A program made the translations under genes and the position numbers. Under the pieces are notes generated by a model. It searched no databases and was not told the origin of the DNA. It was given only the letters and a program-made list of their open reading frames with translations. A stretch of 64,000 bases of DNA from Patescibacteria group bacterium (GTDB lineage: Bacteria > Patescibacteriota > Minisyncoccia > JACQLN01), in assembly GCA_038065095.1 (NCBI GenBank), contig JBBTRR010000001.1:29652-93651 (forward strand). Direction: 5' to 3'. Of this stretch, positions 1-9,631 are shown piece by piece; position 1 is the stretch's first letter; every line of letters begins with the position of its first letter.

Positions 1-1205
1 TTATTGGCGTAACAGGAACAAATGGTAAATCTACAGTCGTTCAATTACTTCACGAAATTTTTACAAATTTTGGTTTAAATGTAGCTTCAACTTCCACTAT
101 AAGATTCCGTATTAAAGATAAATACGAAGACAATAAGCTTAAAATGACTATGCCGGGGCGTTTTGCTTTGCAAGATTTTTTGCGAAAAGCGGCCAACGCC
201 GGTTGCCAATACGCAATTATAGAAGTTACTTCGGAGGGTTTAAAACAAAACCGCGCCGCGTTTATAAATTTTGATACTGCGGTTTTAACCAATGTTCGAC
301 CGGAACATATAGAAAGCCACGGCTCGTTCGAAAAATATAAAAAAGCTAAAGGCATACTTTTTGATTCTTTAAAGAAAAAAACTGTAGATAAATTTTTTGT
401 ACCTAAAAAGAATAAAAAGATAAGTGTAATAAATTTAGATGATCCCTCGGCTTATTATTACGCCAACTTTAGTGCAGATGAAAAAATAGGCTACGGTTTA
501 TTAAAAGAAAATATTCGCGCAGGTGTTAAAAATAATTTTATTCCAGAAAATATTAAGTTTTCGCCAAGTGGTGTGGAATTTAATTTAGAAGAAGAAAAAT
601 ACCAAAGCCCGCTTTTAGGTGACTTTAATTTATATAACACCCTGGCGGCTGTGGCGGTGGCTCGTGCTTACGAAATTCCACATAAACACATTAGAAAAGC
701 CATAGAAAGTTTTAAGGGTGCACTAGGCAGGTTAGAAATACTTCAGGAAAAGCCGTTTTTAGTGGTTATAGATTATGCTCATACACCCGATGCTTTAGAG
801 GCCGTGTACCGTGTGGCTAAATCTTTTTGGGTTAAAAACGGACATAAATTAATTGGTGTTTTAGGCGCGGCTGGCGGTGGGCGCGATAAATGGAAAAGAA
901 AAGAAATGGGTTCTATTGCCGAAAACTATTGCGACACTATATTTTTAACCGATGAAGACCCTTATACCGAAGACCCAGAAAAAATAGTAGCCGAAGTCGC
1001 AAAGGGAATTAAACATAAAGAATATAGAAAAATTATGGACAGGCGCTTAGCCATACGCGAAGCCTTAGAATCAGCTAAACATGACGATGTTGTTTTAATA
1101 ACAGGTAAAGGTGCCGAAAAAACCATGATGACCAAGTTTGGTGCTATGGATTGGGATGAAAAAGCTATAGTTTTAGAGGAGATAGAGAAGTTGGGTAAAA
1201 AATGA
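1..1205 (+). CDS. murE: UDP-N-acetylmuramoyl-tripeptide synthetase (MurE-type Mur ligase), 5' end outside window
   Basis: Frame is open from base 3 (IGVTGTNGKST P-loop); EVTSEG, TNVRPEH, DYAHTPDAL and GGGRDK motifs. Confidence 0.85.
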   Translation, partial: IGVTGTNGKSTVVQLLHEIFTNFGLNVASTSTIRFRIKDKYEDNKLKMTMPGRFALQDFLRKAANAGCQYAIIEVTSEGLKQNRAAFINFDTAVLTNVRPEHIESHGSFEKYKKAKGILFDSLKKKTVDKFFVPKKNKKISVINLDDPSAYYYANFSADEKIGYGLLKENIRAGVKNNFIPENIKFSPSGVEFNLEEEKYQSPLLGDFNLYNTLAAVAVARAYEIPHKHIRKAIESFKGALGRLEILQEKPFLVVIDYAHTPDALEAVYRVAKSFWVKNGHKLIGVLGAAGGGRDKWKRKEMGSIAENYCDTIFLTDEDPYTEDPEKIVAEVAKGIKHKEYRKIMDRRLAIREALESAKHDDVVLITGKGAEKTMMTKFGAMDWDEKAIVLEEIEKLGKK

Positions 1206-1218
1206 TAAAGTTAAACCA

Positions 1219-1695
1219 ATGAACCAAAAAGGATTTATTAAAGATGTTGTTATCATCGTTCTTGCGATTCTACTGCTAGGCGGTGGGTATTTTTATTTTT
1301 CCAGAAAACCAGCTTACGCTCCGGCGGAGAATACAAATTCCGTTGTTGCTGGTGTAAAAATATACGAAGTTCCAGAGCTTGCGGTGGAATTTGTTTTGCC
1401 GGAAGCATTTATGGATTTAACGCATAAGGTTATTAAATTGTCTGGTGACCAAGCTGTAAACTCTGTAGCGTTTTCCAGTAAACGATTAGAATTTGGTGGT
1501 TGTGGCCTAGAGACGGCTCCTTTGGGATATTTGACCTATGACAATGACAAAGGCGGTACACTTGTCGGGCACGCAAAGTATGATAACGACAAACTCTATT
1601 ACATAAAACCCGATGGACAGTGTAAAGCTGATATCTCGTTGCAAGATTGGCAGATGCTTGAAGATGCTTTGAAATCTCTTACTGCTGATTTTTAG
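1219..1695 (+). CDS. membrane-anchored/exported protein with prepilin-like N-terminus (QKGF + hydrophobic helix)
   Basis: MNQKGFIKDVVIIVLAILLLGGGYFY, the same N-terminus as 2392..2979. Confidence 0.7.
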   Translation: MNQKGFIKDVVIIVLAILLLGGGYFYFSRKPAYAPAENTNSVVAGVKIYEVPELAVEFVLPEAFMDLTHKVIKLSGDQAVNSVAFSSKRLEFGGCGLETAPLGYLTYDNDKGGTLVGHAKYDNDKLYYIKPDGQCKADISLQDWQMLEDALKSLTADF

Positions 1696-1725
1696 AAATA
1701 GGTTTAATAAGTTATACTCAATTGT

Positions 1726-2088
1726 ATGAACAAAGCTCAACAAATAACCTCATTTAGAGCTGTTTTACCTACCCGTGTAATTGTTAATGTTGAAAATACA
1801 GGTGATGGTCTTTGGGCTAAAGTATCTACACCAGATGGCAGGCTTTCCAATTGCTATACTCAAGCTACTAATGCAGTTGAGCTGGTTGTAATGATAAACG
1901 ATGCAATATTTACTCACTTCGAAATCCCAGTAAATTTAAGGAAGAGTATTGGTTTTTATGTTCCGCTTTCTAACGAACATCTTCGTATAGAGGAAATGTT
2001 TAATAAGCTTGTTTCAATGGATAAACAGTTGGATATAAAAGGAGATAGTAAAACGACATTAGTTTTTCGGGAGGAGATAACTTGTTAG
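1726..2088 (+). CDS. HicB-like antitoxin
   Basis: beta-beta-beta-alpha pattern (GLWAKV...CYTQATNAVELVVMINDAI); directly upstream of a HicA-like gene. Confidence 0.55.
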   Translation: MNKAQQITSFRAVLPTRVIVNVENTGDGLWAKVSTPDGRLSNCYTQATNAVELVVMINDAIFTHFEIPVNLRKSIGFYVPLSNEHLRIEEMFNKLVSMDKQLDIKGDSKTTLVFREEITC

Positions 2089-2097
2089 CAATATTTT

Positions 2098-2364
2098 ATG
2101 GCGAAACCGAAGGGTGATAAACCTAAGTTAGTCGCATGTACTCCCGAAGATGTTTTTGGAGCAATAAAAAAACTTGGAGGTTTCAAAATACTTTTTGAAA
2201 GTGCTAAACATACCAAGTTAGTGCATATAAAAACTGGTCAGGCTTTCACCATTCCACGCCATTCCCCAGTAAATAAACATATGTTTAGGGATTTTGTTGA
2301 GAAATTCTTGGTTGGAGTATGTAAATTGGACGAAAAGGAAATTTATAAACACTTGTGGTGCTAG
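2098..2364 (+). CDS. HicA-like toxin (mRNA interferase)
   Basis: 88 aa, basic; IKKLGGF...SAKHTKL...TIPRH matches the HicA dsRBD-like pattern. Confidence 0.65.
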   Translation: MAKPKGDKPKLVACTPEDVFGAIKKLGGFKILFESAKHTKLVHIKTGQAFTIPRHSPVNKHMFRDFVEKFLVGVCKLDEKEIYKHLWC

Positions 2365-2391
2365 ATATTTAGTAAAAATAAAATAAAAACT

Positions 2392-2979
2392 ATGAACCAA
2401 AAAGGATTTATTAAAGATGTTGTTATAATCGTATTAGCGATTTTGTTATTAGGCGGCGGGTATTTTTATTTATCTAAAAAACCAGCGTATGTTCCAGAGG
2501 AAATGACGAATAAAGATGTATCAGCTGAAATAAGTTATAAGAATGAAAAGTACGGTTTTGAGTTGGTTTTACCAAATGGATATAAGGGTTATGATGTTTC
2601 GGAAACAAATCAGGTTGAATATTATGGATTAGACAGTAAGAGTTTAGATTTTAATGTAGATTCAAGCGGTACAACTTGGCCGTATGGTCGTTTTTCTGTG
2701 TTTATTATTGCAATCTATCCTTTAGATTGGTGGAATAAAAATGCGTTCGTTGATACCGCAGATAATACAACATATAAGAAAGAAGCAGATCAAAATGCCA
2801 GTAATTACCTAGGGCTTTTCCTTGGTAAAAACGAAAAGTATGTGTTTACTTGGTTTAGAGGGCAGGATTGCCCGCGAAAGTTAGGCACAGATGAATATAC
2901 AGATCGTGTAGATACAATTCAATGCAAACTTTTTACGACAAGTGAAGATGTATTAAAAACCTTTAAAATTATAAAATAA
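2392..2979 (+). CDS. membrane-anchored/exported protein with prepilin-like N-terminus
   Basis: Same first ~33 aa as 1219..1695; YKNEKYGFELVLP motif typical of CPR exported proteins. Confidence 0.7.
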   Translation: MNQKGFIKDVVIIVLAILLLGGGYFYLSKKPAYVPEEMTNKDVSAEISYKNEKYGFELVLPNGYKGYDVSETNQVEYYGLDSKSLDFNVDSSGTTWPYGRFSVFIIAIYPLDWWNKNAFVDTADNTTYKKEADQNASNYLGLFLGKNEKYVFTWFRGQDCPRKLGTDEYTDRVDTIQCKLFTTSEDVLKTFKIIK

Positions 2980-2980
2980 T

Positions 2981-3541
2981 ATGTCAAAAATAAAAGAAAT
3001 AATTTTAGCGTTAGCGATTGTGGTGGTGCTCAATTTGTTTTTTAATTATGGGGTTTTTACTTTTTATAAAGAACCCAAATTTGAAAACTTTTGTTCAGCC
3101 GAATTAACTCAAAAAGTTTATACCGAAAAAGCTTCGTGCGAAGCAGTGGGTGGGCAGTGGTATGAAAATAATAACGTAAGTGTTGATTATCAGGGCAGGC
3201 CAATGCCGGTAAAACCAGATCCACAATCTCAAATAAATCAAAAAGGCTGGTGTGATCCTACAGTAAAATGCCGAGAGAGTCATGATAAGGTTTTAGGCGT
3301 ATATAACAGAAATGTTTTTATAGTTTTAATTATTTTAGGCTTGATATCTTTAGGTTTGGGATTACTTGTTATAAGTGCTTCGGCTGTGTCTAATGGGTTT
3401 TTGGGTGGTGGTCTGCTGTCTTTAATTGTTGGAACGGTAAGGTACTGGTCCGATATGAACGAGTATTTAAGGTTTATAGTTTTGGGTATTGCACTTGCAA
3501 TGTTGATTTGGTTGGGATATAAAAAATTTAACTCCAAATAG
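2981..3541 (+). CDS. hypothetical membrane protein (4 TM helices, Cys-containing extracellular loop)
   Basis: ORF track and hydrophobic segments. Confidence 0.7.
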   Translation: MSKIKEIILALAIVVVLNLFFNYGVFTFYKEPKFENFCSAELTQKVYTEKASCEAVGGQWYENNNVSVDYQGRPMPVKPDPQSQINQKGWCDPTVKCRESHDKVLGVYNRNVFIVLIILGLISLGLGLLVISASAVSNGFLGGGLLSLIVGTVRYWSDMNEYLRFIVLGIALAMLIWLGYKKFNSK

Positions 3542-3553
3542 ATTAGAGTAAAC

Positions 3554-3637
3554 AAAACATCATTCCTCGCAGACGACACGGAGGCCTCTCAATTGTAGAA
3601 TCGGTCATCTCCGTGATGCTGTTCGGAATGATGTTTT
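3554..3637 (+). repeat. dispersed hairpin element, copy A
   Basis: Outer stem AAAACATCATTCC/GGAATGATGTTTT around the core TCGCAGACGACACGGAGGCCTCTCAATTGTAGAATCGGTCATCTCCGTGATGCTG. Confidence 0.9.
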
Positions 3638-3676
3638 TTTCTTGAGTTAAAGGTTTTGATTTGTTATCCTCTTTAC

Positions 3677-4474
3677 ATGAATAAAATAGTTTTTGATGTA
3701 GAAACTCAAAAGGAACTGGCCGAAGTTGGTGGTTTTAGAAATGTTCATTTGTTGGGTATTTCTGTGGTTGGTGTTTACACTTATGCCGACGATACCTACA
3801 AAGCCTACGAAGAAAAAGAACTTCCCGAACTAGAAAAAGTAATGGCAGATGCCAGCTTAATAATTGGTTTTAATACCAAACATTTCGATAACCAAGTTAT
3901 ACAACCTTATTTTAAAAACTTTACCATAGCCGAAGCACCCACATTAGATTTAATGGAAAAACTGGAAGCGGTTTTGGGTTACAGGCCAGGCTTGGGAGCA
4001 CTTGCTAGTGCAACGTTGGGTGAACAGAAATCTGGGCATGGTTTAGAAGCTTTACAGTGGTACAAGGAAGGCAAGATAGATCAAATTAAAAAATATTGTT
4101 TGCAAGATGTTAAGTTAACTAAAGAAGTTTACGAATATGGTTTAAACCATGGTTCGGTGCTTTTTGAATCGCGTGTAAGTGGATTGCAAACTGTAGTGGC
4201 TAATTGGTTTAATGATAAAGAAAAAAAAGATATTCAAGCAGTTTTAGCTGACGCTTTTAAAAATAAAAAATTGGTAGAAATTGATTATGTTTCTATGAAA
4301 TCGGAAGATGGCGAAGAAGCTCGCAAGAAAAGAAACATAGAAATTTATTCTATAAACAAAGATACTGTAGAAGCTTATTGCCATACTCGCAAGGATAAGC
4401 GCTATTTTAAAGTTCATAGAATTTTAGATGCTAAGGTTATAGACGAAGAGCATAAAATTCCTAGTCTTTTTTAA
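3677..4474 (+). CDS. RNase H-like (YprB/DEDD-type) nuclease fused to a C-terminal WYL domain
   Basis: VFDVETQ, GFNxxHFD and YCLQDV motifs; C-terminal VEIDY...RNIE...EAYCHTRKDKRYFKVHRI is WYL-like. ATG at 3677 preferred. Confidence 0.75.
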   Translation: MNKIVFDVETQKELAEVGGFRNVHLLGISVVGVYTYADDTYKAYEEKELPELEKVMADASLIIGFNTKHFDNQVIQPYFKNFTIAEAPTLDLMEKLEAVLGYRPGLGALASATLGEQKSGHGLEALQWYKEGKIDQIKKYCLQDVKLTKEVYEYGLNHGSVLFESRVSGLQTVVANWFNDKEKKDIQAVLADAFKNKKLVEIDYVSMKSEDGEEARKKRNIEIYSINKDTVEAYCHTRKDKRYFKVHRILDAKVIDEEHKIPSLF

Positions 4475-4480
4475 GGACTT

Positions 4481-4501
4481 ACCCCGACGCAAGGTCGGGG
4501 T
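4481..4501 (+). terminator. GC-rich hairpin after the nuclease-WYL gene
   Basis: ACCCCGAC-GCAAG-GTCGGGGT; weak U tail. Confidence 0.45.
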
Positions 4502-4557
4502 GCTCATTTTGTAACTGCTTGTAAATTCGCAGACAAAATGGCATATTACTAAAACTG

Positions 4558-5052
4558 ATGATAGATAATAAATTCAATAGCCCATCTAAAGGCATTATGC
4601 TGGTAGATGAAGTAATTCGTGATGTTTACGATTACTTGCACGAAAGTGCTAAGCATAAATACCAAGTTATAGTTGGTACCGATTCTCAAGTTTATATAGA
4701 CCGCACAGATTTTGTGACGGCTGTTGTGGTACGCCGAGTTGGCGCGGGTGGCCGATATTTTTGGGCACGCCAAGAACATAAAAATTTTAAAACATTACGT
4801 GAAAGAATTTATACCGAAACTTTAAAATCTTTAAGCGTAGCCGAAGTTGTTTATAAAAATTTATTTGAATCTTTAAAGAAAGAAAATTTGTTAGATAATT
4901 TTAATTTCGAAATCCATGTGGATGTTGGCGAAAATGGTGCTACGCGCGAAATGATAAAAGAGGTAGTAGGTATGGTTAGGGGCAATGGTTACGAAGTAAA
5001 AACAAAGCCGATGTCTTTTGGGGCTTTTGTAGTTGCTGATCGTCACACATAA
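4558..5052 (+). CDS. YkuK/DUF458-family RNase H-like protein
   Basis: VIVGTDSQ, LRERIYTE, EIHVDVG and ADRH motifs. Confidence 0.8.
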   Translation: MIDNKFNSPSKGIMLVDEVIRDVYDYLHESAKHKYQVIVGTDSQVYIDRTDFVTAVVVRRVGAGGRYFWARQEHKNFKTLRERIYTETLKSLSVAEVVYKNLFESLKKENLLDNFNFEIHVDVGENGATREMIKEVVGMVRGNGYEVKTKPMSFGAFVVADRHT

Positions 5053-5206
5053 ATTTTTTCGCTTTACTCTAAAATTTAGAGTAGTTAGTAATTTGTATTT
5101 AGTAGTTAGGGCAAGGAAGAGTTATTTAAAGAGGAAAAATTTTCCTAAATACTAATTACTCACACTAAGTACTTCTTAATTACTCGCCCTGATCTATTCT
5201 ATTTTT

Positions 5207-5557
5207 ATGTTTGATTTTGAAAAACTTTCTGTTTATTATAAGACAAAATTATTAAACAAAGATATACTTTTTTTACTTAGGAGTAATAAACAGATTGACT
5301 CTTACTTAAGAGATCAATTAAAAAGAGCATCAATAAGCTCGGTAATAAACATAGCTGAAGGCAGTGGTAAATTTTCCAAGGCAGATAAGCGTAATTTTTA
5401 TACTATAGCTCGGGGTTCTGTTTATGAATGCGTTTCACTTCTGGAGTTAATAAGAGATGATGGACATATAAGCAAAGAAGTATTTAGTGGTTTTTATGAG
5501 GATTATACAGAAATTTCTAAGATGCTTTTAGGTTTAATAAATAGCCAAAGAATATAG
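5207..5557 (+). CDS. four-helix-bundle protein (23S rRNA IVP-like family)
   Basis: FEKLSVY...DQLKRASISSVINIAEG...IARGSVYEC...ISKMLLGLI. Confidence 0.85.
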   Translation: MFDFEKLSVYYKTKLLNKDILFLLRSNKQIDSYLRDQLKRASISSVINIAEGSGKFSKADKRNFYTIARGSVYECVSLLELIRDDGHISKEVFSGFYEDYTEISKMLLGLINSQRI

Positions 5558-5593
5558 TCAAAAAGGCTGTTTTTTGGTAGGTTAATTTATCCC

Positions 5594-5621
5594 TTGACAA
5601 GAACTATAAATGGTGTATAAT
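5594..5621 (+). promoter_or_regulatory. consensus sigma70 promoter
   Basis: TTGACA-16 nt-TATAAT. Confidence 0.7.
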
Positions 5622-5775
5622 GAGTATATTCAGTAAAAGACAGCACCTTACTCCCTTGGGGGAGGTTAATGGAAATATATAGTTGTTCTGATAAAAAGTA
5701 CTTAAATAAGAGCATGATGCTCTTGTAAAATTTACGGAAGGGATTCCCAACGTAGTAATACGTCGGAGGGGACGT

Positions 5776-5985
5776 ATGGCACAGTGTGAAGTAGTTGACA
5801 TGACCATGCCTGGGTTTTTCTCTAGTGAGGATTTCACGGCAGCCAAAATACTGCTTTCAAGCAGGACGGTGGTTGAGGGAACATGCTTCATGCCAGGACG
5901 CTCTGGCGATACACGCCACGAGACCATCGGCCTGAACCACGGCACCCAGAAGTTCATCACCCAGTTGCTTGGGTGGGGGAAGTGA
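5776..5985 (+). CDS. small hypothetical protein
   Basis: GGAGG RBS before the ATG, upstream consensus promoter, downstream hairpin with T-run; higher GC than the flanks. Confidence 0.45.
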   Translation: MAQCEVVDMTMPGFFSSEDFTAAKILLSSRTVVEGTCFMPGRSGDTRHETIGLNHGTQKFITQLLGWGK

Positions 5986-6130
5986 CGGAAATACGCAGTA
6001 CCTTGGCTGGAGTGGAAACACTCCGGCCTTTTTATTTTTGCTTCCTTTTAAGGTGTAAATAATAAGCAAAAATATCCCAAGTGAGCAGAGCGACAAGGGA
6101 TTACCCTGATTTTTACGTTATAATCCACTC

Positions 6131-6760
6131 ATGTCCGAATTAGTTTTAGGTATAGATGAAGCCGGTAAGGGCTGTGTCATTGGTCCGCTGTTTTTAGGTG
6201 GGTTTTTAATTTCGGAAGAAGATTATTTAATAGATAAACTTAATAGTTTGGGTATTACCGACTCTAAATTGCTTGTGGCTAAAAAGCGTGAAAGTATCGC
6301 TAAAGAAATTAAAAAAATAGCCCACGGTTATAAAGTTATAAAAATTAGCCCTGCCGATATAGATAAATATTCTATAAATAATTTAGAAATTAAACATTCG
6401 GCTAATTTAATTAATCATTTTTCACCTCATCGAACATATTTGGACGCACCAGTTTCTGGTGCGGGTATTAAAAAATACTGTAATTCTATTAACCTGTTTT
6501 GCTTAAACAAGAACCATAAAATTATAGGTGCTAATAAAATGGATAGCCATAATCTTGCGGTGGCGGCCGCGTCTATTCTGGCTAAGTCGGAACGAGAAAA
6601 ATATGTTAAAATTCTAAAAAAGACTTATGGAGATTTTGGTTCGGGTTATCCATCGGATCCTAAAACTATAAGATGGTTGGCTAATTGGAAAAAAACCAAA
6701 GGTGAATGGCCACCAATTGTGCGCAGGAAATGGTCTACAATATCAAATATAAAAGATTAA
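6131..6760 (+). CDS. rnhB: ribonuclease HII
   Basis: GIDEAGKGCVIGP, DSK, VAAASILAK and GSGYPSDP motifs (archaeal-like variant). Confidence 0.92.
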   Translation: MSELVLGIDEAGKGCVIGPLFLGGFLISEEDYLIDKLNSLGITDSKLLVAKKRESIAKEIKKIAHGYKVIKISPADIDKYSINNLEIKHSANLINHFSPHRTYLDAPVSGAGIKKYCNSINLFCLNKNHKIIGANKMDSHNLAVAAASILAKSEREKYVKILKKTYGDFGSGYPSDPKTIRWLANWKKTKGEWPPIVRRKWSTISNIKD

Positions 6761-6829
6761 ATATCAAAATCATATATTAAAATTTTAATTTGTAATTTTT
6801 ATTTTTAAACTTTAATTTTTAATTATTTA

Positions 6830-8236
6830 ATGAAATTATATTTTTATGGTGGTGCTGGCGCGGTTACTGGTGCAAATTATTTATTAGAATGTGCCCATTC
6901 GACTGGTTCGACAGGCTCACAGCAAGCAGACTCAGGGCAAGCCGTCACCAGAATTTTAATTGATTGCGGTTTGCAACAAGGTGGGCGAATGGCCGAAAAA
7001 GAAAACTACGAAAAATTTGCCTACGACCCCTCAACCATAGATGCTGTTTTTATAACACACGCCCATTTGGATCATGTTGGTCGTATTCCTAAACTTTATA
7101 AAGAAGGCTTTAGAGGAAAGATTTTTAGCACACATGCTACACTAGATTTAGCTCGTGTTAATTTAGATGATTCTTTACACTTGTTAGAAAGAGAAGCCGA
7201 GGAAACTGGTTTAGAACCATTGTTTAACGAAAACGACTTAATTGAATCTTGGAAACTAACTCATGGCAAATCTTACAGCGAAGAAGTAAAAGTAAGTAAT
7301 AGTATTAGGGCTTTTTTTAAAGATGCTGGCCATATTTTAGGCTCGTCTATTATAGAATTTTATCTTTCGGAGGGTAGTCGCAAGATCAAAATAGTTTTTT
7401 CGGGTGATTTAGGAAATTCACCCACACCTCTTTTAAAAAATACAGAAGTTATAACCGAAGCCGATTATGTTTTGGTGGAGTCGGCTTATGGCGATAGAAT
7501 CCACGAAGATCGTTCTCAAAGAAAAGAAAAATTAAAAGCAGTAATTGAATCTGTTGTAAAAAATGGCGGAGTCTTAATGATTCCGGCTTTTGCTTTAGAA
7601 AGAACACAAGAATTACTTTTCGAACTGAATAATCTGGTGGAGTCTGGCCGAATAAAAAAAATACCGGTTTTTATAGATAGCCCTTTGGCTATAAAAGCCA
7701 CAGCAGTTTATCAAAAATATCCAGATTATTTTAACAAAGAAGTAAACTCTTTAATAAAATCTGGCGACGATCTTTTTAACTTTCCGGGTTTGCAGTTTTC
7801 TTTAACCACTGAATCTTCTAAAGCTATAAACAAAGTTTTGCCACCTAAAATTATAATTGCAGGTTCGGGTATGTCGGAGGGTGGGCGAATACTTCACCAC
7901 GAACGTCGTTATTTACCCGATCCAAAATCTGTTCTTTTAATGATTGGTTATCAAACATCTGGTACATTAGGACGCAGGCTCCTAGATGGTGTACAAGAAG
8001 TAAAAATGTTTAGAGAAATTGTTCCTGTAAGAGCTGTAGTGAAGGCTATTGGTGGTTATTCAGCTCATGCCGATCAAACCGGCCTTTTAAAGTGGGTGGG
8101 CGCAATTAAAGGCGTTAAAAAAGTTTTTGTAGTACAAGGCGAAGAAGGTCCGTCTTCTGTCTTAGCAGGAAAAATAAAAGAAAGTTTTGGTTTTGAATCG
8201 ATAGTTCCTGAAGCGGGGCAAGTAATTGAATTGTAG
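6830..8236 (+). CDS. MBL-fold beta-CASP ribonuclease
   Basis: THAHLDHVG, AGHILGS, SGDLG, ESAYG and SAHAD motifs. Confidence 0.9.
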   Translation: MKLYFYGGAGAVTGANYLLECAHSTGSTGSQQADSGQAVTRILIDCGLQQGGRMAEKENYEKFAYDPSTIDAVFITHAHLDHVGRIPKLYKEGFRGKIFSTHATLDLARVNLDDSLHLLEREAEETGLEPLFNENDLIESWKLTHGKSYSEEVKVSNSIRAFFKDAGHILGSSIIEFYLSEGSRKIKIVFSGDLGNSPTPLLKNTEVITEADYVLVESAYGDRIHEDRSQRKEKLKAVIESVVKNGGVLMIPAFALERTQELLFELNNLVESGRIKKIPVFIDSPLAIKATAVYQKYPDYFNKEVNSLIKSGDDLFNFPGLQFSLTTESSKAINKVLPPKIIIAGSGMSEGGRILHHERRYLPDPKSVLLMIGYQTSGTLGRRLLDGVQEVKMFREIVPVRAVVKAIGGYSAHADQTGLLKWVGAIKGVKKVFVVQGEEGPSSVLAGKIKESFGFESIVPEAGQVIEL

Positions 8237-8269
8237 TTTTTTAGTGTTTATTCATGATAAATTAAATAT

Positions 8270-8479
8270 ATGGAACAAACATTTTCAAAAAAGTGGCTTT
8301 ATATGGGTTTGGTTATTACTATCCTTAACCCAGTTTTCTCGGGTCTAATTTTAGGAGCGGTATATATAACCGAACCTGGGTTAAAAAAATATGGGCGTAT
8401 TATTTTACCAATCACTGTTATTTGGGGCGCAATAGCTTTTTGGCTTTCGGCAAAATATTTTCCTGTAAGACCTTTATAG
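8270..8479 (+). CDS. small membrane protein
   Basis: Two hydrophobic helices; fills the gap between genes. Confidence 0.6.
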   Translation: MEQTFSKKWLYMGLVITILNPVFSGLILGAVYITEPGLKKYGRIILPITVIWGAIAFWLSAKYFPVRPL

Positions 8480-8484
8480 AGAAC

Positions 8485-9630
8485 GTGTCTAAAACTTTAA
8501 CTAACTTTATTTTGGCAGTTTCCACGCTGGTCGGCACCATAATTGGTGTCGGTATGTTTGGCTTGCCTTATGCGGCAAAAATTTCCGGTTTCGGACCAGT
8601 TATTTTTTACTTGGTATTACTTGGTATTTTAGTAACCTTACTTCATTTAATGTATGGCGAGGTTGTTCTTAGAACCTCAACTAAACATAGGTTGGCGGGT
8701 TATGCCGAAATTTATTTTGGTTCTAAGGGTAAAATAGTTGGTAGTGTTATTTTTTTTATAAATTTATATTTAGCACTTTTAGCTTATTTGGTTGTGGGTG
8801 GGGAATTTTTAAAAAATATTTTTTCTGGATTTTTAAATTTTTCTCCCCAAACCGGAACATTGCTTTTGGCATTAATTGGTTTTGCTGTAGTTTTTAAAGG
8901 GATTAAATTGGCCGGTGTTACCGATTTTTTTATGACAGCGATTTTAATTTTAATGGTTTTTGGAATAGGTTTTTTTGGTTATTCGACAATAGATTCAAAA
9001 AATTTAATTAACTTTGCTTCAAAGGATTCTTTATTTTTCCCTTATGGCATAGTTCTTTTTTCTTTAGCGGGTGGTTCGGCCATACCAGAGATAAGATCTT
9101 TTTTTAAAACTAATGTTAAAAATTATGCTAAGGCAATTATTTTAGGTACGGCTATACCTATTCTAATATATGCAGTTTTTACATTTATTATTTTTAGTAT
9201 AAGCGGAACTTTTACATCTAAAGAAGCTATTTCTGGTCTTGCAAATTTTCTTGGTAATGGTTTCGTAAGATATGGGGCTATTGTTGGCTTTCTTGCTGTA
9301 ATAACATCTTTTTTTACGATAGGTTTAAATTTAAAAAATTCTTTCCGGTTTGATTTTAAACTCCCTGTTTTTGTAAGTTTTGTATTAACGGTTGGCATAC
9401 CACTTTATTTGTTTTTTTCTGGATTCGCAGATTTTATAACCATAATATCTTTGGCCGGTGGAGTAATTGGTGGGTTAGAAGCTCTACTCATAATTTCCCT
9501 TTGGATAAAATCTAGAAAAAAAAGCGAAAGGATTCCCGAATATTCACTTAAATTAAGACCTGTAATTGTTGGTCTTTTGGTTTTGGTGTTTTCTTTGGCA
9601 ATTTTTTACGAACTTATTTATACTCTTTAA
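8485..9630 (+). CDS. aromatic amino acid permease family transporter
   Basis: GTIIGVGMFGLPY motif, about 11 TM helices; GTG start at 8485 preferred. Confidence 0.8.
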   Translation: MSKTLTNFILAVSTLVGTIIGVGMFGLPYAAKISGFGPVIFYLVLLGILVTLLHLMYGEVVLRTSTKHRLAGYAEIYFGSKGKIVGSVIFFINLYLALLAYLVVGGEFLKNIFSGFLNFSPQTGTLLLALIGFAVVFKGIKLAGVTDFFMTAILILMVFGIGFFGYSTIDSKNLINFASKDSLFFPYGIVLFSLAGGSAIPEIRSFFKTNVKNYAKAIILGTAIPILIYAVFTFIIFSISGTFTSKEAISGLANFLGNGFVRYGAIVGFLAVITSFFTIGLNLKNSFRFDFKLPVFVSFVLTVGIPLYLFFSGFADFITIISLAGGVIGGLEALLIISLWIKSRKKSERIPEYSLKLRPVIVGLLVLVFSLAIFYELIYTL

Positions 9631-9631
9631 A

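Noticed and set aside
5207-5557. Four-helix-bundle gene as a second DGR avd
   Set aside because: The motifs (QLKRASIS..NIAEG, ARGS..E) are IVP-type, and there is no RT or TR/VR nearby.
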